Origin: Elainellaceae cyanobacterium
GTDB lineage: Bacteria > Cyanobacteriota > Cyanobacteriia > CAZCXK01
Length of the DNA stretch: 56,164 nt
Assembly: GCA_051117555.1 (NCBI GenBank)
Contig: JBNPEG010000062.1
Span: 1 to 56,164 of the forward strand
Direction: 5' to 3'
Shown: positions 28,508 through 36,522 of the stretch, one piece after another
Position numbering within the stretch: the stretch's first letter is position 1
Layout: each line of letters starts with the position of its first letter
The notes under the pieces: model-generated
The model's input: only the letters and a program-made list of their open reading frames with translations
Told to the model about the DNA's origin: nothing
Databases searched by the model: none
Program-made: the position numbers and the translations under genes

Positions 28508-30694
28508 CTAAGCATCGGATTCAACGTCCGATCGCCCTTCAGCAACGGGTGAGGATCGAGGCTTAGAGGTCGCTGTAGGAGGCGATTGCTTCCTGGCGGG
28601 CTGTGGCAGGGCGTCAGGTTGCCCCATTCCGTAGGTGAGGGCATAGCTGCGAGCGAGTAGCCAAAACCATAATGGCGGATTGCGAGGTTCTAGCCAGGGT
28701 TGAATGGCGCGCGTAAAACCAGGAACCCAGCCAAATAGCCAGCTTATCAATGCAGACAGCGTGAAATTGAGATAGCTACCCACCCAGCGAAACAGGTCTT
28801 TTGATCCGGCTAATTCCCAAATCCAGGTGAGAAGGGCAGGATTCTTCCAGGCGGCTTTTAGCGCCATGCGATTAAACGATAGCCAGCCAGCTCGATCTTT
28901 AATAAAGCGATCGCCCACCTCTGGAGACTCACTCGCCAAAATCCCAAAAAAGGTATTCAACATTGAGTTAATCCGCTCAGGAGGCAAAAATTTGCCTGTG
29001 GGTACCATCATTCCTTTAGAAAACAGCCATGTCACCGCGATGTTGCTTTGGAATGCCCGAATCTGACTAAGGTGTTTGGCATCCAGCAAATTGTGACGGA
29101 GGGCGGTATCCAGCAAATCGGTGAGGCGAGGGAGATTCCGCACAAGGGAACCAAACCCCGTGAATACGAGCGGAGACTGAAGCGATGCCGCGTCTCCAAT
29201 GGTGATCAGACGATCAAAGGCTACATGGCGATCGCTCCCCTTGATACTGAAATGGCCTGGAATATAGCCAAATGTCGGTTTTTTCCAGCTCAGCTGATCG
29301 ATATCACATCGACGATACTCCGGCAGAATCGTGAAAAAGTCTTCGTACATCTCCAGTAGGGAACCCGGATTCTCAGGATTCACCTGATGGTAATGAAACA
29401 GGTAAAACGTCAGTTCATCGCCCTTACCAGGAAATAACTCCCAGATTAGCTGCCGTCCTCGTGAAATATCCCCGTGGCTATTGAGCACATCTCCATAGCG
29501 GGAATCCCAGACACCCGATTTAAATCCACCATTAATCACAGCTCCAACCGTTGGACACACGCTATCGAATGCCCGTCCTCCGTTGATTTGCCATGCAATG
29601 GGCGACGCCGTTCCCATCGCATCGACCAGCAACTGTCCCTTTGCTAACTTGGCGGTTTGGGTTGGCAGATGGCTTGCATACACCGTGACCTGAGTTGGGC
29701 TAATGTCTGCCTTAATAAATTCAGTCTGATCCCAGATTTCGCCGCCTGCCGCCTTAAACTTTTCGCCACACGTGCGAAGCAACTGTTCCGCATCTAATGC
29801 CACATTCAAAACCGTCGGCGTATGCAAAATTGGCGCTTTTGCCTGGGGCGGATTATTGGCATCAAAAAACTTATGAAAGCCATCTCGATATTCACGGGCA
29901 ATGATGTGCTCAAACTCATCTGCGGTAAATAGTCCTAAATCGATCAAGCTTTGAAATTCGTCCCTTGAAATATTCCACTCACGGTTCATGCGGCCAAAGG
30001 GGAGCCGCTCAAGCAACAACACTCGATAGCCTAGACGCGCCATCACGGCAGCATGAATGACGCCGAGCGCACCGCCCACATAGATCAAATCGTAAGTGGG
30101 CGAATCTGCCGACCCCAGATTAGAAAATTCAGGAGACTGGAGCGGATGCCTCTCACCCTGTTCAGGGACTGAAAAAATAACCTGCTTGGGTTGCTTCGGG
30201 TTGCGAACTCCGTCGCGCCAGCGCTGCTCCCACCAATAGACCCGTTTGAGATCATATTCCCCGCTGGGCATTTTGCGAAAATAGCGAATCGTTTTGGGAT
30301 AGTGGGCCCCCAGCGCATCAAAGATGGATTCTTTGGGGTCAATCGCAGGCGGAATTGGGTAGTGATGAGGAAACTGTCGACGGATGTCTGCTAAAAGATT
30401 TTGAATGGTTTGCTTCTCGTATGGGAGAGGGGAAGCAGTCCACCGGAATACCTTGAGATAGGTCGTTCGCTGAACAGACCACGTAAATATAGATAGCTCT
30501 GCCGCAGAGGGGGGGCGTTGAGAATCTGAATCACGAATGGCGCCTGTTGGCATCTTGGAGGTCGCAACACTCAGACGAATTCCGTCAGGAGTCAGTGTTT
30601 TTTGCCCGGTATAGGGTTCAAACGTGTGTTGAAGCCATTCTCGGACTGCATCAATCTCGGGTGTAGGAATTTCTATATAGAGAATTTCTCTCAT
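28508..30694 (-). CDS. cruA: CruA-type lycopene cyclase (flavoprotein)
   Basis: MREILYIEIPTP N-terminus, YDLIYVGGALG, MNREWNISR, DAMGTASP, GDAASLQSPLVFTGFGSL. Size (~730 aa) fits CruA rather than CruP. Confidence 0.82.
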   Translation of the reverse strand: MREILYIEIPTPEIDAVREWLQHTFEPYTGQKTLTPDGIRLSVATSKMPTGAIRDSDSQRPPSAAELSIFTWSVQRTTYLKVFRWTASPLPYEKQTIQNLLADIRRQFPHHYPIPPAIDPKESIFDALGAHYPKTIRYFRKMPSGEYDLKRVYWWEQRWRDGVRNPKQPKQVIFSVPEQGERHPLQSPEFSNLGSADSPTYDLIYVGGALGVIHAAVMARLGYRVLLLERLPFGRMNREWNISRDEFQSLIDLGLFTADEFEHIIAREYRDGFHKFFDANNPPQAKAPILHTPTVLNVALDAEQLLRTCGEKFKAAGGEIWDQTEFIKADISPTQVTVYASHLPTQTAKLAKGQLLVDAMGTASPIAWQINGGRAFDSVCPTVGAVINGGFKSGVWDSRYGDVLNSHGDISRGRQLIWELFPGKGDELTFYLFHYHQVNPENPGSLLEMYEDFFTILPEYRRCDIDQLSWKKPTFGYIPGHFSIKGSDRHVAFDRLITIGDAASLQSPLVFTGFGSLVRNLPRLTDLLDTALRHNLLDAKHLSQIRAFQSNIAVTWLFSKGMMVPTGKFLPPERINSMLNTFFGILASESPEVGDRFIKDRAGWLSFNRMALKAAWKNPALLTWIWELAGSKDLFRWVGSYLNFTLSALISWLFGWVPGFTRAIQPWLEPRNPPLWFWLLARSYALTYGMGQPDALPQPARKQSPPTATSKPRSSPVAEGRSDVESDA

Positions 30695-30861
30695 TTTTGA
30701 TGATGTTTTTGACGATTTTTAAACTTTGACGACAATCATCTGACCGGGTAGGTGCAACTGATTCAAAATTTGCGCTACACTTCCCTTCAATGCGGTAAGC
30801 TCTTAAAAAACTTTACAGGATTCTCATATTTCTTCAGGGAGTGCATACATTTGTGACAACT

Positions 30862-31116
30862 ATGAATTATCCCATTCCAGAGAACCCCCAACAAATAGCT
30901 GCTCTGCGTCAAAAACCCATCGATGAAGAGATTGTTGCAGCTGCGATCGCCGGTGTGATTCGAGTTGCCCGTTCTAACGGTCAATCGTTAGAAGATTTGA
31001 CGGCTGAGGTTTTAGCGGACGATCGCATCTTAAATTGGGAAGTCCGCTGCTGGTTGAGCGAACTTGTCACCCAAACGTGGAAAAATCTTCCCCACGACAC
31101 TCAGGTAACGCTGTAA
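30862..31116 (+). CDS. Conserved cyanobacterial hypothetical protein (84 aa)
   Basis: MNYPIP...EEIVAAAIAGVI...GQSLEDLTAEVLADD. Confidence 0.8.
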   Translation: MNYPIPENPQQIAALRQKPIDEEIVAAAIAGVIRVARSNGQSLEDLTAEVLADDRILNWEVRCWLSELVTQTWKNLPHDTQVTL

Positions 31117-31190
31117 ATGATTGTCTCCAAATTTTTACCGCGCGTTGAGGTGCCCTTCCGTAATTCGTATATCCAATCCGCAGCGCCTCG

Positions 31191-32099
31191 TTACGAGATG
31201 GTTCTAGAAATCCAGACGAGTAAGCTGGGTGCGAATAATGCACCATCAATCCCAATGCTATAAACATCTCGGGGTGTTTTGGGAGTAATCGTCCAGACGA
31301 AGATGATGTTCATTACACTCATGGCGATCGCCACTAGAGGCATCGGAATCGCCAAGCTGTGTAACCACCCCCATGCCAAAATGGGCAACAGCAGCAGATT
31401 TAAGACAGACCAGATTATCCGATTTCCGGTCACTCCAACCATCAGTGGAAGGGTAAGGACGCCTTTCTTGCGGTCAGATTCTAAATCTCGAACATCGAAT
31501 AGATGAGAATTGGTGCCTACAAAAATCAGCAAGAATAAAGCGGTGAGCCCAGCAGATAGAGTCAACGACATTTGTGCGTACGCCAGTGGAACCGCGATCA
31601 GCGCGTAGGTAATCGTTCCACACACAATCCAGGCTTTGGACCCTGGGATATCTTTGAGGCGATACCACCGTAATCCTTGTTCGCGGCGCATTGGGAACAG
31701 GGGAATGCCGTAGATCAGAGGAACTAACCCCCCGCAGCTAACCAGCGGCACAGGGCTAGGAGCCTGATAGAGCAGAATTGCAGTACCTAACACGGCGATC
31801 GCCGTCATGCCCCATCCCCAACCATTCCGGAAGTATGCCTGGGCATCGGGGTCAGGAATTTTTTGAACATACGCATCTGCAATACGATCGAGATTGTAGG
31901 GAATCAGTGCTGCTGTAAAGATAAGTAATGCTGGATGCCAGTCAATGGCAATGCCTAAGGTATCTTGCACGAAGAATACCAAGGATGCAATGCCAGCCGC
32001 CACCCAAATGTTGGAGTAGACCAACCCATTGAGAAAAAGCTGATAGATCGTTTGAGAAATTGATGTTGAAGTCTGGCGAGAATGCTGTTGGAATGTCAT
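31191..32099 (-). CDS. UbiA-superfamily membrane prenyltransferase
   Basis: Multiple TMs; Asp-rich motifs YNLDRIAD and FDVRDLESDRKKGVLTLP; RLKDIPGSK. Confidence 0.85.
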   Translation of the reverse strand: MTFQQHSRQTSTSISQTIYQLFLNGLVYSNIWVAAGIASLVFFVQDTLGIAIDWHPALLIFTAALIPYNLDRIADAYVQKIPDPDAQAYFRNGWGWGMTAIAVLGTAILLYQAPSPVPLVSCGGLVPLIYGIPLFPMRREQGLRWYRLKDIPGSKAWIVCGTITYALIAVPLAYAQMSLTLSAGLTALFLLIFVGTNSHLFDVRDLESDRKKGVLTLPLMVGVTGNRIIWSVLNLLLLPILAWGWLHSLAIPMPLVAIAMSVMNIIFVWTITPKTPRDVYSIGIDGALFAPSLLVWISRTIS

Positions 32100-32224
32100 T
32101 GGGATTTTAGCAATTTCGTTGAGTCACGTATTGAGGGAAAGACGTTGAGAAGAGGTATTTGATTTCCACATAAATTGCCCGCAGGCATAGCCTACGGGCC
32201 TTACGCATGGCGTAATAGAATCTC

Positions 32225-33061
32225 TTAGCTGACGCCTGCCAACTCTCGCGAATCATCCGCAGAGGTATCTGGTGTGCGATCGCCAGATTCGCCCAAATCT
32301 GCTTGAGTTTTGATACGGGCAATGTTGTAGACTAGCAGTCCGAAAAGTGGCTTTGCCAACAAATCAGCAACAGTGTAGCCAATTTGCACGCCAACTAATG
32401 CATTAGCTCCAGCAATGCCCAGTTCGGGTAACACATATGCGATCGGGTATACACCCCATGATAGGAGCAGAAGTAGACGCATACTGCCGACCACAGATTT
32501 GACGCCTTCAGGCTGGCGATCGAGAGATTTGCCGAGTTCGATCCACAACACATACAAAATGTAAGCAAACGGGATCGTGCTAACGGCTCCCCAAATCGCA
32601 CGTGTCATGATGTCGTCAGCAATTTCGCCAGGATATCCAGTCACCAGCATCAAAACGGCTGCGACTGCCAGCTTAACGATTAACGGGCGAGCAACCTTCT
32701 TTGAAAGTGCAAGAACCGCTACAGCTTCCACAAGTAGCAGAGGCACCGTCAGCAACCAATCTGCATACCGATAAGCATCATTGAAAGGCTCACCTGTCGC
32801 CAGATACACACCCTCCTGGAGGGTGTAGGATGCATCCCAGCTACCAAAAATGCGGAAATAGTGGTATGCGGCAATACTAACAATCACACCCGAAATGAGT
32901 AGAGCAGGGCGATACTTTTCGCTCACTAGCGACTTTGCATTGAAAAAGAAGAGAGCTGCTGCGAGCATGGCAGCAATACAGAGCGAAAAGCCATTGTAAA
33001 CCAAACTAAATTGGTTATACGACAGCTCTGGTGGCAGCGATGCCAATGTCGATAACATCAT
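32225..33061 (-). CDS. Microbial rhodopsin, Gloeobacter rhodopsin/xanthorhodopsin type (DTE proton pump)
   Basis: 7 TM; YHYFRIF (His), RYADWLLTVPLLLVE (D-T-E), GYPGE, WGVYPIAY, DLLAK (retinal Lys); SD AAGGA. Confidence 0.95.
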   Translation of the reverse strand: MMLSTLASLPPELSYNQFSLVYNGFSLCIAAMLAAALFFFNAKSLVSEKYRPALLISGVIVSIAAYHYFRIFGSWDASYTLQEGVYLATGEPFNDAYRYADWLLTVPLLLVEAVAVLALSKKVARPLIVKLAVAAVLMLVTGYPGEIADDIMTRAIWGAVSTIPFAYILYVLWIELGKSLDRQPEGVKSVVGSMRLLLLLSWGVYPIAYVLPELGIAGANALVGVQIGYTVADLLAKPLFGLLVYNIARIKTQADLGESGDRTPDTSADDSRELAGVS

Positions 33062-33558
33062 AGTTTCATCCTTGTAAGCTACAAAATTCTTTAGGTTTCA
33101 ATCAGGCCCTTGAAGATAAATCTCCAACGAGGCGGCATAGTTCAATCGAGCAAAAATTAGATAATATGGTAAGCCATCTCACGAACTGGAGCTACTTCTA
33201 ATCGTTGCTATACAAAGCGTTAGAGGCTCTCTAAGACCATCCAGGGCTCAAGCAAAATGGAGTACGATGAGTCAAAACTAAGACGAGTCCAACGAATTTG
33301 GTGATAAATCCAATAAGAGAATTGCATTGAATTTCGTCCACAAAAAAGCTAGCTAATGAAATTCGCTAAATTAACATTTGAAAGCAAAAACGGCTAAGCC
33401 AGAATTCAGTTTTCGCATTCAATCATACAAACGTTAAATTCATCACAAATCTCAAATTTTCCCAACTCCATAGAATGGATTAGTGAATTATTTGACACGT
33501 TTAATCTATTTAATATTTCTTATAATTTTATCCGTCAAAAGGCGTATTCTTAATTCAA

Positions 33559-33647
33559 TAGAGCTATCCTAAATCGCTTGTGAATTGTGTGTGAGTTGGT
33601 GGGGCGGCGCCCGCCCCACCACTCACGACCCATCTGGGATTGCTATA
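33559..33647 (+). mobile_element. MITE-like family B, copy 2
   Basis: TAGAGCTATCCTAAATCGCTTGTGAATTGTG...GGGATTGCTATA with central GGTGGGGCGG/CCGCCCCACC hairpin. Confidence 0.8.
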
Positions 33648-33799
33648 GATGTCAGGGGATCTTTGCAAAGAATCTAAGGTAGGTTTGCAGGAAATAGCGG
33701 CAGCCTTTTTACCTCATGTCTCATCGACTCCGACGACAACTGCCTTTAGGCAAACGCTACTGCTAAAGAACTTGAGCGATCGCACTGTCGAATAATAGA

Positions 33800-33955
33800 T
33801 CGGGAGTAGATTGCGGAGATAGATCGTTCGCTCCAGGTGGGCTAACTGGTCAGCCGTATCTTCAACCCGAACAATCGGGCGGCTTTTTGAAGGTGGCTGT
33901 TCATCCCAAAACAGATGACCAATCCGCCGTGATTGAGTTTGACTTCTTGGATAAA
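33800..33955 (+). ncRNA. ssrS: Probable 6S RNA (SsrS/SsaA)
   Basis: Long rod: GGGAGTAGATT/AGTTTGACTTCT, GCGGA/TCCGC, central bubble, CAGCC/GGCTG, CTTCAA/TTGAAG, CCCGA/TCGGG. Motifs CTGGTCAGCCG and GTGATTGAGTTTGACT resemble cyanobacterial 6S (recalled); ends approximate. Confidence 0.72.
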
Positions 33956-34151
33956 CGCAGTACCGTTCTCTATCACACCGACTATCCTGCGAAGGAATAG
34001 TCTACCGGATAGTCGATTAATGCTAATCACCGAGTTGGGCAAAAGTTAAGGCATATAAGTCCTTAACTTTTCTGTATCGACCGGATGCTTGCATCCTCGT
34101 ATAACTAAGACAGTTCAACCCCTCCAAACCACTCACGAGGATTTTATAACT

Positions 34152-34340
34152 ATGAAACTTTCCTATCGCGGTATTCAATTTCAATCACCTGCTCCTTCAG
34201 CTCCAGCTTCAGCTTCATCCATGAACATAGCTGGCAAATATCGAGGAACTGATTTCAAATTTTCCTCGGCTGCTTCCACTGCTTTCGATTCAGCACTACC
34301 GCTCCAATATCGCGGCATCGTCTACATAAGCCCCCGGTAA
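34152..34340 (+). CDS. DUF4278 small protein (62 aa)
   Basis: MKLSYRG...GKYRG...LQYRG triple YRG motif; SD GAGGA; TATAAC at ~34110. Confidence 0.88.
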   Translation: MKLSYRGIQFQSPAPSAPASASSMNIAGKYRGTDFKFSSAASTAFDSALPLQYRGIVYISPR

Positions 34341-34384
34341 CACTCAACCGTGTGGGCTCGCCAGTTCTGCTCAATTAAACGATG

Positions 34385-34413
34385 ACCTGTTCTCCGATGA
34401 GAGCAGGTTTTTT
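34385..34413 (+). terminator. Intrinsic terminator after the DUF4278 gene
   Basis: ACCTGTTCTC-CGAT-GAGAGCAGGT followed by T5. Confidence 0.8.
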
Positions 34414-34498
34414 GAGCGTTGGTTTTTTGGCTTTTCGCTGGGAACGATAATGACATGCTACATCATCCCATTTGGGCTTCGACAAGGAGAACGCTGTC

Positions 34499-34624
34499 AT
34501 GAATAAACTGAAATACCACCTCATCAAACGAATTGCTCGGTTATCAGCTAAGCGTCACATCAAACGGTTAGCACGTGAGATGACGACCCGCTATCTAGCG
34601 ACGAAGCGCCCTGAGAATGATTGA
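34499..34624 (+). CDS. Putative 41-aa basic small protein (absent from the ORF track)
   Basis: SD AAGGAG ~10 nt upstream; MNKLKYHLIKRIARLSAKRHIKRLAREMTTRYLATKRPEND. Confidence 0.5.
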   Translation: MNKLKYHLIKRIARLSAKRHIKRLAREMTTRYLATKRPEND

Positions 34625-34834
34625 TTCCAATTCTTCAAGGTAAGGCTATAAATGAACAGGCTAGCACTGCAAGGCTGGTAAGCCGTCAATCCAAAATCAC
34701 TAGCGGAGCAGAGCGGAGCCATACCCTCGGGGCTATAAATCCAAAATCGTGAATTGGCATAACGGGAGTGATTGTGGGAGTGCCGTGGCGGTGGGTATTA
34801 ACCTCCTTGCCTGCTCACCCGTCATGCGGGATTG

Positions 34835-35671
34835 CTATCGGTGTTTCCAATATCGTTCAGTGTCCTCATCGGCGGGAAATAAACATTCGATTCGCAGTTC
34901 TTGCAGGGTAATGTCATAAGCAGTCCCGAGCGTGGCGATCGTTGAAAAAAATTGCCAGTCTAGAGAATCTCGCTTGAAGTGAACTGTAAGCAACAGGGTA
35001 TTTTGTTCGACTCGTTTGGGAATATGCCAAAGTTCAGTCACCCCTGGATAGCTCATGAGAGTGTTCAGCAATTGGGTAGATTGGTCACTGTTTCCTTCTG
35101 AGGTTACTTCTCGACGCACTCGATGCAGCAAATGCTCGGCGCACTCCCGCCAGTTGACAATAAAGGGGCGTAGTCCTTGGGGATGAAACATGGCCTGCAT
35201 GAGATTGAGTTTGCCATCCATGCTGGCATGGGTGTGTAGTGTTTCCATATCAAGGAATGCCGTCAAGAGACGAGTCGCAGCATCGTTGGTCAGCAGTAAA
35301 TTCCAGTAGCGATCAATAATGACTGCTGGATAGGGTTCTTGCTGTCGCAGCATGAAATCGAGCGCTTTGCGAATCGAAGTCATTTCAAGCGCTGAAAGGT
35401 CTGTCTCGGTGTGAATGGGCGCGAATCCAGCAGCGGTTAGCATTAGATTTTGGTGTCTCAACGGGACATCCAGAACAGCGGCTAATTCTAAAACCATCGC
35501 TCGGCTAGGGTTCGCTCGTCCTGATTCTAAAAAACTGATATGCCGTTGCGACACCCGACTGGCAAGGGATAACTCGAGCTGGCTGAAGCCTCGTTGAGTC
35601 CGCCATTGCTTGAGGAGCATGCTAAAGGAATGAGCGGAATCCGGTTGGATTGGATTGGAACGATGCTGCAT
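34835..35671 (-). CDS. XRE-family HTH regulator with MmyB-like ligand-binding domain
   Basis: SQLELSLASRVSQRHISFLESGR, EPYPAVIIDRYWN, LQELRIECLFPAD. Confidence 0.92.
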   Translation of the reverse strand: MQHRSNPIQPDSAHSFSMLLKQWRTQRGFSQLELSLASRVSQRHISFLESGRANPSRAMVLELAAVLDVPLRHQNLMLTAAGFAPIHTETDLSALEMTSIRKALDFMLRQQEPYPAVIIDRYWNLLLTNDAATRLLTAFLDMETLHTHASMDGKLNLMQAMFHPQGLRPFIVNWRECAEHLLHRVRREVTSEGNSDQSTQLLNTLMSYPGVTELWHIPKRVEQNTLLLTVHFKRDSLDWQFFSTIATLGTAYDITLQELRIECLFPADEDTERYWKHR

Positions 35672-35699
35672 GGCAGGTGTGCAAAACGGGACAGTGGTG

Positions 35700-35716
35700 A
35701 TTACCTCGTAGGTAAT
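35700..35716. promoter_or_regulatory. Perfect palindrome ATTACCT-CGT-AGGTAAT; likely XRE operator
   Basis: Sits between the divergent XRE regulator and DUF2834 gene. Confidence 0.65.
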
Positions 35717-35774
35717 TGTTTTTATTATCCTGCTTTGTCACGATCAGTTCATACTCATTGATTAGGAAAGAACC

Positions 35775-36155
35775 ATGCTGAAATCTGTTAATGCTTCGAC
35801 ACTATCCTCATCTAAGGTTATGAAACCGCTGTATTTACTGCTGGCGATCGCCGGTTCCGTTGCTCCTTGGTTTTGGCTACTTCAAGATCCAACCGCGTTG
35901 CTGACACCCACTGTATTTTTTCAACGAGCGTTTGCTAACCCGATTGCGATCGCGCTGACGACTGACCTACTCATCTCATCGACCGTTTTCTTTTGCTTTG
36001 CATGGATTGAATTAAAGCGGCTACGTGTTTCCCGGTTATGGATTTTGGTTTGTGTGGGGTTGACGCTTGGCGTTGGGCTTTCGTGTTCTCTACCCTTTTT
36101 CTTATATCGCCGAGAGTACTGGCTTGAACAAAATGCATCGTGTGGATCAAACTAG
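35775..36155 (+). CDS. DUF2834 membrane protein
   Basis: YLLLAIAG..PW, FANP, DLLIS, VGLSCSLPFFLY; the start may be 35820. Confidence 0.85.
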   Translation: MLKSVNASTLSSSKVMKPLYLLLAIAGSVAPWFWLLQDPTALLTPTVFFQRAFANPIAIALTTDLLISSTVFFCFAWIELKRLRVSRLWILVCVGLTLGVGLSCSLPFFLYRREYWLEQNASCGSN

Positions 36156-36522
36156 ACGCGATTGGGGTTAAGTTCTTAGCTTTTAGCTTTTGGCGATCAG
36201 CTATCAGATTTTAGTGATGTAGCAGTCCTACAGCGTTAGCCAGGTAGCTTAGAATATGACTCCTGATGAGATCCAAGGCTGGAGAAGCTATCTGGCGTGC
36301 AATCGCACAAAAAACAGTACAAAGAACAGTACAAAGAACAGTGGCGGTTGCTATGAATGATTCGTAAAAGGGGGGTGCCTGCTTCTGCTGAGCGCTGATT
36401 ACTGACTACTACCCGCTGACTTTCAAATCGCGAGACTATTTCCCCCTTTTGTGCCCCATTTTGCAACTGTTTCAAACATCGCTAATCTCAAGAATCAGAG
36501 TGTAGTCTTTCTACAACATATG

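Noticed and set aside
33820..33900. Glutamine riboswitch (ATCGTTC start) for DUF4278
   Set aside because: The downstream GGAAG/GAACG elements are missing, and the region folds better as part of a 6S-like rod.
34757..34834. Integron attC site (GCATAAC) or Yfr1 RNA
   Set aside because: No matching GTTRRRY arm, no integrase, and no exact ACTCCTCACAC motif.
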